The notes beneath the pieces were generated by a model. It made no database searches, was not told the DNA's origin, and saw nothing but the letters and a program-made list of their open reading frames with translations. The translations under genes were made by a program, and so were the position numbers. Of a stretch of DNA of 64,000 nt, positions 40,893-50,834 are shown piece by piece; the first letter of the stretch is position 1; the number at the start of each line of letters is the position of its first letter. The stretch is from an uncultured delta proteobacterium. GTDB taxonomy: Bacteria > Myxococcota_A > Polyangia > Polyangiales > Polyangiaceae. The DNA is taken from contig CAWDXG010000001.1 in the NCBI GenBank assembly GCA_963806225.1, positions 1,472,001-1,536,000 of the forward strand. Direction: 5' to 3'.

Positions 40893-40929
40893 AATACTTC
40901 GCACGCGAAACGTTTCTATGCGGAGTATT
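40893..40929 (+). promoter_or_regulatory. Inverted-repeat operator immediately upstream of marR
   Basis: AATACTTCGCA...TGCGGAGTATT (10/11 match) encloses the palindrome GAAACGTTTC. A -35-like TTGACC sits at 40868. Confidence 0.65.
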
Positions 40930-40931
40930 GC

Positions 40932-41429
40932 ATGACCAGCAGCGCCTCCTCCGGGGCCGAGCCGTCCCCGCTGGCGCAGTCCGATCTCGACGCGATCGTC
41001 GAGGCGATCGTCTACCTCTACACGGAGTCCCGTCGCATCACGAAGGACCTTGCGGGTCGCTACGGACTGACCGGCCCCCAGCTCGCCGTCGTGAAGATGC
41101 TGGAGCCGGTGGGCAAACTGTCGCTTTCCGAGCTGTCGGAACGCATCCGCGCCCGCAACAGCACCGTAACCGGCATCATCGACCGCATGGAGCGCGAGGC
41201 GCTCGTGCTGCGCAAGCGCTCGAAAGAGGACCGACGTGTGGTCAACATCGAGCTGACCGACAAGGGGCGCGAGCTCGCGGCCGGGATCCCCGTGGAACCC
41301 GTCCAGATATTCCGGCGCGTGTTGGCGGAGCTGCCTCCGCGCGACGCGACCGACTTGAAGCGCATCCTCACCCGGCTCGCACATCGCGTCAGCGAGCTCG
41401 TCGAGGACTCACCCGACATCCCGTCCTGA
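40932..41429 (+). CDS. MarR family transcriptional regulator
   Basis: YGLTGPQLAVV, LSELSERI, STVTGIIDRME, EDRRVVNIELTDKG. Confidence 0.93.
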   Translation: MTSSASSGAEPSPLAQSDLDAIVEAIVYLYTESRRITKDLAGRYGLTGPQLAVVKMLEPVGKLSLSELSERIRARNSTVTGIIDRMEREALVLRKRSKEDRRVVNIELTDKGRELAAGIPVEPVQIFRRVLAELPPRDATDLKRILTRLAHRVSELVEDSPDIPS

Positions 41430-41482
41430 GATCAGAGCCCGTGCGACGCCGTCGCGCGGGCAGGAGAAGAAGGGGAAGCATC

Positions 41483-42364
41483 ATGTCCGACCAGAAAGTC
41501 GATCGAGATCCCGATCTGTGCGTCATCACGTGTGCGCTGACGGGCGTGCTCGCCAACCGCAAGCAGTGTCCGGGCATCCCGTACACGCCCGCCGAGCTCG
41601 GGGAAGAGGCGAAGCGCGCCTACGACGCCGGCGCCGCAGCCGTGCACATCCACGCGCGCAACGACGACGGCTCGCCCACGTTCTCGCCGGCGGTGTTTGC
41701 GAAGATCAAGGAGGAGGTGCAGAAGCGCTCCCCCATCATCCTGAACTTCTCGACGGGCACCATCATGGAGGACGTGACCGAGCAGTGCACGTACATCCGC
41801 GAGTCGAAGCCCGAGATCGCTGCCCTGAACATGGGCACGATGAACTACTCCAAGTACAGCAGGAGCCGGAAGCAGTTCGTCTTCGACATGGTGTTCCCGA
41901 ACACCTACGAGAAGATCATCAAGCTGCTCGCGGCCATGAACGAGGCCGGCGTGAAGCCAGAGCTCGAGTGCTTCGACTCCGGTCACACCAACGGCGTGTG
42001 GCCGCTGGTCGACATGGGCGTGCTCAAGCCGCCGCTGCAGTACTCGTTCATCGTCAACGTGCTCGGCGGCATCCCGCCCACGGTGGAGTCGCTGCAGCTG
42101 CAGTCCAAGCTGGCCCAGCCCGGTTCGGAGTGGGAGGTCATCGGCATCTCGCACTGCCACTGGCGCATGCTGGCCACGGCGCTCGTGCTCGGTGGCAACA
42201 TCCGCACTGGGCTCGAGGACCACCTGTATCTGCCCAATGGCGAGATGGCGAAATCCAACGGCGAGATGGTCGAGGTTGCCGAACGGCTGTGCCGCGACAC
42301 CGGGCGCAAGCCGGCCACGGTGGAGCAGGCGCGGCAGATCCTCAACCTCCCGGCGGCGAGCTGA
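41483..42364 (+). CDS. Beta-keto acid cleavage enzyme (BKACE/Kce, DUF849)
   Basis: ITCALTG, PYTPAEL, AGAAAVHIHAR (HxH), LNMGTMN, KPELECFD, IRTGLED. Confidence 0.92.
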   Translation: MSDQKVDRDPDLCVITCALTGVLANRKQCPGIPYTPAELGEEAKRAYDAGAAAVHIHARNDDGSPTFSPAVFAKIKEEVQKRSPIILNFSTGTIMEDVTEQCTYIRESKPEIAALNMGTMNYSKYSRSRKQFVFDMVFPNTYEKIIKLLAAMNEAGVKPELECFDSGHTNGVWPLVDMGVLKPPLQYSFIVNVLGGIPPTVESLQLQSKLAQPGSEWEVIGISHCHWRMLATALVLGGNIRTGLEDHLYLPNGEMAKSNGEMVEVAERLCRDTGRKPATVEQARQILNLPAAS

Positions 42365-42367
42365 GCC

Positions 42368-43153
42368 ATGCAAGAGCGCCCGTACCAGACGATCCTCGTC
42401 GCGGAAGACGATGGCGTCGCGACGATCACGCTCAACCGTCCCGAACGCAGGAACGCCATCGGCACGCAGATGACGAACGAGCTGTGCTGGGCACTCTCGG
42501 ATGCGGCCGCGGCCGACAGCGTGCGCAGCATCGTCATCACCGGCGCGGGCAAGGCCTTCTGCGCCGGAGGCGACTTCTCGCAGATGACCGGTGGTGGCAG
42601 CGAGGAGAGCCTGCCCCCGAAGGGCGACTACAAGGATCTGCTTGTCGCGCTGTTCCACACCGTCAAGCCCGTGATCGCCCGCGTGAACGGTCACGCGATG
42701 GGCGGCGGGCTCGGGCTCGTCGCGTCGTGTACGTTCGCGGTGGCCTCGACGGAAGCGAAGCTCGGCACGCCGGAGATCAACGTCGGGCTGTTCCCCTTCA
42801 TGATCATGGCGGTGCTCGAGCGCGTGATGCCGCGGCGGCGTCTGATGGAGATGATGCTGTCGGGCGAGCGGCTGACGGCGGAAGAAGCGGCGCGCGTGGG
42901 CCTCGTCAACAAGGCCGTCGCACCGGAGGAGCTCGATACGGCGGTGAAGGCCTACACCGACATGATCGCGTCGAAGAGCCCGAGCACCCTGCGCCTCGGG
43001 CTCGAAACCATCCGCGACACGCAGGAGCTCCGCTTCGAGGAGAAGCTGCCGCTGTTGAGTGAACGGCTCGGCCAGTGCCTATCGACCGACGACGCCCGCG
43101 AGGGCCTGATGGCGTTCCTCGAGAAGCGAAAGCCGAACTGGACCGGGCGCTAG
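42368..43153 (+). CDS. Enoyl-CoA hydratase/isomerase (crotonase) family
   Basis: ITLNRPERRNA, AFCAGGD, NGHAMGGGLG, GTPEINVGL, DAREGLMAFLEKRKP. Confidence 0.92.
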   Translation: MQERPYQTILVAEDDGVATITLNRPERRNAIGTQMTNELCWALSDAAAADSVRSIVITGAGKAFCAGGDFSQMTGGGSEESLPPKGDYKDLLVALFHTVKPVIARVNGHAMGGGLGLVASCTFAVASTEAKLGTPEINVGLFPFMIMAVLERVMPRRRLMEMMLSGERLTAEEAARVGLVNKAVAPEELDTAVKAYTDMIASKSPSTLRLGLETIRDTQELRFEEKLPLLSERLGQCLSTDDAREGLMAFLEKRKPNWTGR

Positions 43154-43178
43154 ACCGCGCCAATCCGGGAGGACGAAC

Positions 43179-44741
43179 ATGAACATGCGCGAGCTGGTGG
43201 AGGATCTCGAGGCGCGGCGCGAGAAGATCCGGCAGATGGGCGGCTCGGCGCGGGTCGACAAGCAGCACTCGCGCGGCAAGCTGACCGCACGCGAGCGTAT
43301 GGCCGAGTTCTACGACGATGGGGCGTGGTTCGAGGTCGGGCTGCACGGCCGCGCCATGGGCGCCGCCGGCGAGAAGGACGACACACCGGCCGACGGCGTG
43401 ATCTGCGGCTTCGGCAAGGTGGACGGGCGCATGGTGTGCGCGGCCGCCTACGATTTCACGGTCAAGGGCGGCAGCATCGGCCAGACCGGCGAAGAGAAGG
43501 TGACGCGTCTGCGCTCGATGGCGCTCAAGGGGCGCTGGCCGATCGTGTGGTTCATCGACTCGGCTGGCGCGCGCATCGACCCGGGCGCGGGGCATCATGC
43601 GGACACGCTGTCGCTGTTTGCCGGCTCCGGGCATCTGTTTCGCGAGCAGGTCATCATGAGCGGCGTCGTGCCGCAGGTGGCCGCGATGGTCGGGCCGGGC
43701 GCGGCCGGGACGGCGTACATCCCGGGCCTCGCCGACTTCGTCCCGATGGTCAAGAACATCGGCTCCATGGCGCTCGGTGGCCCACCGCTGGTCAAGGCCG
43801 TGACCGGGCAGGAGATCGACGAGCAGGAGCTCGGCGGCTCGAAGGTGCACACGAAGACCAGCGGCGTCGGTGATGCCGAGGCGAAGGACGATCACGAGTG
43901 CATCGCGATGGTCAAACGCTACCTGTCGTACATGCCCTCCAACTGCGACGAGACGCCGCCGGTCCGGCCTTGTGACGATCCGCTCGAGCGCCGCGAGGAG
44001 TCGCTGCTCGATCTGCTGCCGGAGAGCACACGCCAGGCCTTCGACATGTACAAGCTGATCGAGGCCATCGTCGACCACGGCGAGTATCTCGACATCAAGC
44101 CGAAATTCGGCCGGAGCATCATCACCTGCCTGGCTCGCGTCGGCGGGCGGCCGGTCGGCATCGTCGCCAGTCAGCCGAAGCAGCTCGGCGCCGTGCTGGA
44201 AAACGACTCGAGCGACAAGGCGGCGAAGTTCATCCAGATCTGCGACGCCTTCAACGTGCCGCTGCTCTTTCTGGAGGACGTGCCGGGGTTCATGGTCGGC
44301 TCCAAGGTGGAGCACGCGGGGATCATCCGCCACGGCGCGAAGTTCCTGCACGCGATGAGCGCGGCCACTGTGCCGAAGATCACCGTGATCGTGCGCAAGG
44401 CGTACGGCGCGGGCTACTACGTGATGTGCGGCCGTGCCTACGAGCCGGATCTGATCGTCGCCTGGCCGGGCGCCGAGGTCAGCGTCATGGGTGCCGAGGG
44501 CATGGTCGGCATTGCCGGTCGCAAGCTCTTCGGCGGCGCCGAGCCGGATCCCGAGGTGAAGAAGACGATAGTCGACATGATCCAGAAGAACATCGACATC
44601 TACAAGGTCGGTGGCTGGGGTCTGGTCGACGACATCATCGACCCACGCGACACGCGACGCGTTGTCGCCTGGGGCCTCGAGCTAGCCGCCCACAAGCACG
44701 TCGAACGCCCCGCGAAGAAGCGCGGCATCCTGCCGGTGTAG
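43179..44741 (+). CDS. Acyl-CoA carboxylase carboxyltransferase (beta) subunit
   Basis: GKLTARER, DFTVKGGS, DSAGARI, ELGGSKVH, DVPGFMVG, RKAYGAG, DDIIDPRDTR. Confidence 0.93.
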   Translation: MNMRELVEDLEARREKIRQMGGSARVDKQHSRGKLTARERMAEFYDDGAWFEVGLHGRAMGAAGEKDDTPADGVICGFGKVDGRMVCAAAYDFTVKGGSIGQTGEEKVTRLRSMALKGRWPIVWFIDSAGARIDPGAGHHADTLSLFAGSGHLFREQVIMSGVVPQVAAMVGPGAAGTAYIPGLADFVPMVKNIGSMALGGPPLVKAVTGQEIDEQELGGSKVHTKTSGVGDAEAKDDHECIAMVKRYLSYMPSNCDETPPVRPCDDPLERREESLLDLLPESTRQAFDMYKLIEAIVDHGEYLDIKPKFGRSIITCLARVGGRPVGIVASQPKQLGAVLENDSSDKAAKFIQICDAFNVPLLFLEDVPGFMVGSKVEHAGIIRHGAKFLHAMSAATVPKITVIVRKAYGAGYYVMCGRAYEPDLIVAWPGAEVSVMGAEGMVGIAGRKLFGGAEPDPEVKKTIVDMIQKNIDIYKVGGWGLVDDIIDPRDTRRVVAWGLELAAHKHVERPAKKRGILPV

Positions 44742-44744
44742 CGC

Positions 44745-45098
44745 TCAGCCGAAGGTGCTGCCGTTCCAGCCCCAGAGGTGGGGCGATACGTCCGTGAAGT
44801 CGATGTAGATGCGGTCGGGCGCGACGCCGAGCGCCTTGGAGAGCCGTTCGCAGAAATCGGCGCTCATCGTCTCCGTTCGCACGGGCTCCATGCGGCCGAT
44901 GCTCTTGACCTCGACGAGGCACGTGGGTTCGTCGCTTCCTCCGAACGTCATGCGCGTGCGCGGCACGAGGCACGTCATGACGTACGTCTCGGGCTTGCCC
45001 GTATGCTGGGCGAGGCGCGCCGACAGATCCTTGAGCAGGGAGTCGGCGGCTTCAGGGGCCGGCGGCTCGGCGGATGTGAACACGTTGATGAGCGGCAT
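44745..45098 (-). CDS. MIF/phenylpyruvate tautomerase family protein
   Basis: Starts M-PLINVFT (catalytic Pro1), GKPETYVM, VKSIG, DRIYIDF, WGWNGSTF. Confidence 0.9.
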   Translation of the reverse strand: MPLINVFTSAEPPAPEAADSLLKDLSARLAQHTGKPETYVMTCLVPRTRMTFGGSDEPTCLVEVKSIGRMEPVRTETMSADFCERLSKALGVAPDRIYIDFTDVSPHLWGWNGSTFG

Positions 45099-45141
45099 GG
45101 CCGCCATGCTGCGGTCCTGCGCGTCGCCGCGCAAGGGGCGA

Positions 45142-45603
45142 TCAGTGCTTCAGCGGTCCATCGCAGAGCCACTCGCAGCCGCAGACGACCAGATGCTGAC
45201 CCCCATCGTTGCAGGCGTCCTGGAAAGCCGCGCTGGTCTCGGGCGGAGTGCAGTCCTTCTGCGCGGGCGCGCAGGCCTTTTCGGCGCCGGAAGCGTCGTA
45301 GTAGTTCTTGTTCGCACCGACCTTGCCCGAGCAGTACTCGGCACAGCCGCAGCGCCGGATCTGGAAGCCGCCGAGCCTGCAGCGGTCTGTGAAATCCGGA
45401 TCGGTGTGCGACTCCGGGCAGTCGGCCCGCGGTGGCGCGCAGGTCGTCGCCGCGCCGCTCGCGTCGAACACCGTTGCGCCCTCCACGGCGGCGAGCGGCG
45501 TGGAGCTGGGCGCGGGCGGCGGCGTGGCGGGCGGCGGCTGCGACTTGGCGGGCGCCCCGCAGCCGCCGAGCAGCAACACCAACAGTGCGGGCGGGAGCCT
45601 CAT
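45142..45603 (-). CDS. Cys-rich lipoprotein with two 6-Cys repeats
   Basis: Lipobox LLGGC and two copies of C-x6-C-x12-C-x9-CGC-x3-C. Confidence 0.75.
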   Translation of the reverse strand: MRLPPALLVLLLGGCGAPAKSQPPPATPPPAPSSTPLAAVEGATVFDASGAATTCAPPRADCPESHTDPDFTDRCRLGGFQIRRCGCAEYCSGKVGANKNYYDASGAEKACAPAQKDCTPPETSAAFQDACNDGGQHLVVCGCEWLCDGPLKH

Positions 45604-45679
45604 GCGGCGAGCGTATCACCACTGCCCCGAGTTCTGTGCTTGACGCGGGTCACCGGCTTGGCATCTTGGTTCCGCCCCC

Positions 45680-47634
45680 GTGAACGAGCGCGTCGAACCG
45701 CAGGATGGTGCTCTCGCCGCGCGCCTTTCTACGCGCGAGCGGCGGATCGCTGCCGCTCTGGCCGAGGCCGTGATGCCACCTGGTGCGGGTCTGCCCGGCG
45801 GCGGCCCGGAGACGGTCGATCGGCTCGAGCGCTTCGCGCTGGCGTCCGGACTGGAGTTCTTCAAAGCCCTCCGCGCGGGCCTGTGGGCCGCCGAGGGCTG
45901 GACCGTGCCGCGCTACGGCCGCCCGTTGAGCCGCCTGCCGTTCGAACGTCCGGCTCGCTGCGGTCGACGCCTGGAGCCGCCACTCGTCGCGCTACGTGCG
46001 CTGGCTCCTGCGCGGCATCGTCACGCCACTGAAGGCGGCGCATTTCGACAGCCCCGACCTGTTCGCACACGTGGGCTGCGGCTACGGCGTGGAGCCGCCG
46101 AAGAGCGTCGAGCCCGAGCGCTTCATGCAGCAGGTCACGGCGGGCCGTGACGTCGACGAGGATCTCGGATCTGGAGTGCGAGGTCGTGGTCGTGGGCACG
46201 GGCGCCGGCGGCGCAGCAACGGCCTTCGAGCTGGCGCAGCGTGGCCGTGCGGTGCTCATGCTCGAGGCCGGTGACTATCATCGTCGCGACGAGTTCCTCG
46301 GGCGGGCCAGCGCGTCGTACCGGCGGATGTATCTGGGGCGTGGCACCACGGTCGCGCTCGGTAACATCTCGACCCCGGTGTGGGCGGGACGCAGCGTCGG
46401 CGGCAGTACCACGATCAACTCCGGCACCTGCTACCGCGCGCCGCCACGGACGCTCCGGCGCTGGGCCGATCGCTACGGTCTGGGCATGCTGTCTGCGGAA
46501 GCGCTGGCGCCGTACTACGAGCGGGTCGAGACCATGCTGGGCGTCGAGGAAGCGCCGGCAGCGCACCTGGGTGGCCCCGCGCGCGTGATCGCCCGCGGCG
46601 CGGAGCTGATGCAGCTGTCGCATCATCCGCTTCGCCGCAACGCGCCGGGCTGCGACGGCCAGGGCGTGTGCTGTTTCGGCTGCCCCACTGGCGCCAAGCG
46701 CTCCACCGACGTGAGCTATGTGCCGGAAGCGCTGAAGCGAGGCGCGCAGCTCATCACCGGCGCAGAGGTCGAGCGCGTCGACGTGAGCGGCGGCCGCGCG
46801 CGCGGCGTCAGCGCGCGGCTCTCGTCCGGGCGGCGCCTGGTGGTGCGCGCCTCGGCCGTGGTGGTCGCCGGCGGCGCGCTGATGACGCCCCTGCTGCTCG
46901 CGCGCAGCGACGTGTGCACCTCGTCCGGCTGGCTCGGCCGGAACCTGTCGATCCATCCCGCCGGCAAGGTGATGGCGCTGTTCGGCGAGCGCATCGACAT
47001 GTCCCGCGGCATCCCGCAGAGCTACGCCATCGACCACTACGCCGACGAGGGTCTGATGTTCGAGGGCGGTTCGACTCCGCTCGACGTGACCGCCCTGGGC
47101 GTGCCCTGGGTCGGGCGGCGCTTCATGGAGCTGATGGATCGCTTCATGAACATTGCCCAGTTCGGCTTCATGATCCAGGACACCGGCCGCGGCGCCGTGC
47201 GCGCGGGACCCGGCGGTCTGCCGCTCATCACCTACAACCTGAGTCGGCTCGATACCGCGCGCATGCAGCGCGGCTTCGAGATCCTCAGCGAGGTGTTCCT
47301 GCGCGCGGGCGCCGAGCGTGTGCTGCCGATGATCATGGGCTGCGACGAGATCTTGAGCGAGGCGGCTCTCGCGCGCATGCGCCGGATGAAGATGTCCCCG
47401 GGAGACTTCGAGGTCACCGCCTACCATCCGCTCGGCACCTGCCGCCTGGGCACGGATCGGGAACGATCCTGCGTCGATCCCGATCACGAGGCGCACGACA
47501 CGCCCGGCCTCTACGTTACCGACGGCAGCGCGGTGCCCTCCTCGCTGGGCGTCAACCCGCAGATGACCATCATGGCGCTCGCGCTCCGCGCCGCGGAGAT
47601 CATCGATTCGCGCCTCGACCGCATGCCGGCGTAG
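45680..47634 (+). CDS. GMC family oxidoreductase (long-chain alcohol oxidase-like; frameshifts near 45950 and 46167)
   Basis: VVVVGTGAGG, GRSVGGSTTINSG, CDGQGVCCFGCPTGAK, YHPLGTCR, DGSAVPSSLGVNPQMTI. N-terminal part is split over ORFs 45680 and 45996. Confidence 0.85.
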
Positions 47635-47685
47635 GGCGGGCGCCGGCTTGCGAGCTGGCGCGCGCGGGTGTAACCCGCCAGGACC

Positions 47686-48150
47686 ATGGCGAAGGCGCTT
47701 TCCAGTGGCGACAAGGCTCCGGATTTCTCGCTGCCCACCCAGTCGGGCGAGACGTGGCAGCTATCGCGCGCCCTCGAGCAGGGCCCTGTGGTGCTGTATT
47801 TCTATCCGAAGGACGAGACGCCGGTGTGCACGGCGGAAGCCTGCCGCTTCCGCGACATGCACGAGGTGTTCGTCGGCAGCGGAGCGACGGTGGTGGGCGT
47901 CAGCCGCGATTCCGTCGAGTCCCACAAGAGCTTCGCAGGTCATCACGATCTTCCCTATCCGCTGCTCAGCGACCCGGACGGAACGGTGCGGAAGCTCTTC
48001 GGCGTGAAGAAGACACTCGGCTTGCTCGACGGCCGCGTGACCTTCGTGATCGACCAGCAGGGCATCATCCGGCACGCCTTCTCGTCCGCGCTCAACGCGA
48101 AAGCGCACGTGGAGCAGGCGCTCGCGACGATCAAGTCGCTCCCGGTCTAG
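47686..48150 (+). CDS. bcp: Peroxiredoxin, BCP/PrxQ subfamily
   Basis: VLYFYPKDETPVCTAEACRFRD, GVSRD, LLSDPDG, RVTFVID. Confidence 0.9.
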   Translation: MAKALSSGDKAPDFSLPTQSGETWQLSRALEQGPVVLYFYPKDETPVCTAEACRFRDMHEVFVGSGATVVGVSRDSVESHKSFAGHHDLPYPLLSDPDGTVRKLFGVKKTLGLLDGRVTFVIDQQGIIRHAFSSALNAKAHVEQALATIKSLPV

Positions 48151-48231
48151 CCGGCTCCACCGCGGGAGAAGTCACGCGTAGCGTCCCGGCGCGCCGGAGC
48201 CAAGCCCGCGTAGGGCCAAGAAGTCCCGTGA

Positions 48232-48244
48232 AATCAACAGCTTG
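48232..48244 (+). promoter_or_regulatory. IHF-consensus site
   Basis: AATCAACAGCTTG matches WATCAANNNNTTR exactly, in an AT-richer intergenic region. Confidence 0.4.
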
Positions 48245-48288
48245 CGAGCAAGGGCTGGCGGGAAGTGACTGCCGGTATCATAATCCTC

Positions 48289-48316
48289 CTATTCCGACCG
48301 GAATAGTAGGGAATAG
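48289..48316 (+). promoter_or_regulatory. Palindromic operator (Rrf2/IscR-type-like) just downstream of a -10-like CATAAT
   Basis: CTATTCCG-AC-CGGAATAG is a perfect inverted repeat. The extended TATTCCGAC-N6-AGTAGGGAAT resembles GAC-N6-AGT Rrf2 sites. Confidence 0.55.
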
Positions 48317-48319
48317 GCC

Positions 48320-48751
48320 ATGTACCATTTCACACCCTTCGCCTCGTTGCTCGGCGGTGCGCTCATCGGGCTTGCCGCGTCCGTTCTGATGCTGTTCACC
48401 GGTCGCGTCGCGGGCGTCACCGGGATCGCCGGCGGGCTGTTCCGACCGGTCCAGGGCGATCTGTCCTGGCGGCTGCTCTTCATCGCTGGCCTGGTTGCCG
48501 GCGGGGTCGTGCTGACGCTCGTGAGCCCCGCTGCGTTCCACGTGGGCATTGACCGTTCGCTCGGCGCGCTCGCTGTCGCTGGGCTGCTTGTGGGCTTTGG
48601 CGCGCGCCTCGGAAGCGGCTGCACCAGCGGCCACGGCGTATGCGGACTGAGCCGCCTCTCGCGCCGCTCGTTGGTGGCCACGCTGACGTTCATGGCCACT
48701 GGCGCGCTGTCGGTCTTCGTCGTGGTCCATCTGCTGGGAGGACGGCTGTGA
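48320..48751 (+). CDS. YeeE/YedE sulfur-compound transporter family, subunit 1
   Basis: [40 protein letters not shown]. Confidence 0.92.
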   Translation: MYHFTPFASLLGGALIGLAASVLMLFTGRVAGVTGIAGGLFRPVQGDLSWRLLFIAGLVAGGVVLTLVSPAAFHVGIDRSLGALAVAGLLVGFGARLGSGCTSGHGVCGLSRLSRRSLVATLTFMATGALSVFVVVHLLGGRL

Positions 48752-49245
48752 AGCTTCGCCACGTCATCGTGTTCCTGTCGGGGGTCCTGTTTTCGCTGGG
48801 GCTCGGTATCGCCGGCATGACCCAACCGGCGAAAATCGTCGGCTTCCTCGATTTCACGGGGAGGTGGGACGCCAGCCTGGCGATAGCCATGGTGGGCGCG
48901 GTCACCGTGCATCTGATAAGCTACCGTCTGATCCGGCGCCGGCGAGCGCCGCTCCTGGCACCTGCGTTCGCCGTGCCCTCGTCCGACCGCATCGACGCCC
49001 GCCTTCTGGTGGGCGCGGCAGTGTTCGGATTGGGCTGGGGGCTCGCGGGCTACTGCCCCGGTCCCGCGTTCGTGTCCATCGCCACCGGCGGTCCGGTGCT
49101 CGTGCTGGTCGTCGGCATGCTGGGCGGGATGGCCCTCCACGAGGCGTGGCTCAGGGCACGCCGTCCAGCGCCCGGGCACGCCCCGGAACCAGCCGGGAAA
49201 GCGTCGCAGCGAACGCTCGAGATCGAGGTCACGCCGGGCGCATGA
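48748..49245 (+). CDS. YeeE/YedE family, subunit 2
   Basis: GTGA overlap; [40 protein letters not shown]. Confidence 0.9.
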   Translation: MKLRHVIVFLSGVLFSLGLGIAGMTQPAKIVGFLDFTGRWDASLAIAMVGAVTVHLISYRLIRRRRAPLLAPAFAVPSSDRIDARLLVGAAVFGLGWGLAGYCPGPAFVSIATGGPVLVLVVGMLGGMALHEAWLRARRPAPGHAPEPAGKASQRTLEIEVTPGA

Positions 49246-49298
49246 CCGGCCCGCCCCGCGCGTGGATTCCGGGCCGCGTGTGATCTAGGCTCGGTGGC

Positions 49299-50312
49299 AT
49301 GTTCGGCCGCTATCCTTCAGCTACCTTCGCTTCCCTGTTCGCTCTAGCCCTGGCCGCCACCCACTGCGCGGCAAGCGACGCCACCACCAATCAAGGCAGC
49401 GGCGCCTACGGCGGCTATGACGGCGGCGGCGCAAGTGCCGGGACCGGCGGCACGGCGGGCAGCGGCGGCTCGTCCGGTGGCTCGGCAGGTACCGACGCGG
49501 GAGGCGATGCGGCCGGCAGTGGCGGCACGGCGGGCAGCGGCGGCGCCGCCGGCACGGATGGCGGCACGGACGGTGCGGCGGGCAGCGGCGGCACGGCCGG
49601 CAACGGCGGCACGGCCGGCAGCGGCGGCACGGCCGGCAGCGGCGGCACGGCCGGCAGCGGCGGCACGGCCGGCAGTGGCGGTTCCGACGCCGGCGCGCCC
49701 TACACGCACACCATCACGATCGACGGCACGGACGACTTCTCCAACACCGGCGAGAAGTTCACGACCACCACGTCCAGCTACAACGCGTACATCACCTGGG
49801 ACGCTTCCGCGCTCTACATCGGCTACGAAGGCTCGGACATCGGCACCACTGCGTCGGGCACCAAGTGGGTGTTCATCTACCTCGACACCGATCCGGGTTC
49901 GGGCACCGGCGCTACGACGGGCAAGACCTACAACACCGAGACGCCCCAGTTCCCTAGCGGCTTCGGTGCCGAGTACTACTACGCCTGGAAGACCGACGGC
50001 AGCTACGAGATCTACAGAAGCTTCTCCGGCTCCGTCTGGACGGACGTTACCGGGAGCGGCATCACGCACGCCAAGGGTGGCAACTTCATCGAGTTCAAGA
50101 TCCCGCTCACGGCCGTCGGCAGCAAGCCCGCCAAGCTCGGCATTGTCACGTTGATGATGAACGAGCAGCCGAACCACGAAGCTTCCTATGCCGGTCTGTA
50201 CAACGGCAGTTTCAGCGACGGCTACCAGGCTACGGTGCCCATCACGTACTACCTCCAGGCCGACTTCGCCTCGTCGCTGGATCCCAACGATCTGGCGAAC
50301 CGCAAACCGTGA
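49299..50312 (+). CDS. Lipoprotein with Gly-rich linker and DOMON/CBM9-like carbohydrate-binding domain
   Basis: Signal with ATHC, (GGTAGS)n linker, HTITIDG...YITWDASALYIG...IYLDTD...IEFKIP beta-sandwich pattern. Confidence 0.65.
   Translation: MFGRYPSATFASLFALALAATHCAASDATTNQGSGAYGGYDGGGASAGTGGTAGSGGSSGGSAGTDAGGDAAGSGGTAGSGGAAGTDGGTDGAAGSGGTAGNGGTAGSGGTAGSGGTAGSGGTAGSGGSDAGAPYTHTITIDGTDDFSNTGEKFTTTTSSYNAYITWDASALYIGYEGSDIGTTASGTKWVFIYLDTDPGSGTGATTGKTYNTETPQFPSGFGAEYYYAWKTDGSYEIYRSFSGSVWTDVTGSGITHAKGGNFIEFKIPLTAVGSKPAKLGIVTLMMNEQPNHEASYAGLYNGSFSDGYQATVPITYYLQADFASSLDPNDLANRKP
49587..49676 (+). repeat. 18-bp coding tandem repeat x5 (GGCGGCACGGCCGGCAGC; GGTAGS)
   Basis: Read directly; minor variants in copies 1 and 5. 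Confidence 0.9.
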
Positions 50313-50345
50313 GCACCGCGCGCACCTGCTGCTAGAGTTATCAGC

Positions 50346-50774
50346 GTGTTCAAGCAGGATCTCATCAAGCGCGCCCTCGAACGCACCGCGGAGGCGGTCG
50401 CCAAGGCCCTTGGCCTCAAGAAGGAGGGCGAGCTCGAGGAAGCGCTCGCCGAGATCAACTCGGCGTACGACGAGCTCCTCAGGATCGACCGACGCACGTT
50501 CGACGTCGTCGACTCGCACACGCTGGCCGGTCTGATCGGGCCGGTGGAAAACCTCCGCTCCGTGGCCGAGCTGAGCCGCATCGAGGGGGAGATCCACGAG
50601 GCCGCGGGCCGCCCGAAGCTGGCGGCTGCCCGCTACCGGCGGGCGCTCGAGCTGATGCTGGAAGCGGACGAGAAGAAGCCGGTGGACGACGCCGGTCGCG
50701 CAGCAATTGCGGAGCTTGCTGCGCGCGTCCCCCGCGAACAGCTGATGCGCCGCTATCATCACCGGCTCGACTGA
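50346..50774 (+). CDS. Hypothetical helical (TPR-like) protein
   Basis: 142 aa ORF with coding-like composition (QDLIKRALERTAEAVAKALG). Confidence 0.65.
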   Translation: MFKQDLIKRALERTAEAVAKALGLKKEGELEEALAEINSAYDELLRIDRRTFDVVDSHTLAGLIGPVENLRSVAELSRIEGEIHEAAGRPKLAAARYRRALELMLEADEKKPVDDAGRAAIAELAARVPREQLMRRYHHRLD

Positions 50775-50834
50775 AATTTGTCGTCGGCCACGTGCCTCCA
50801 GCACGCGGTATGCACGCGTCGTGAGTCCAGAATC

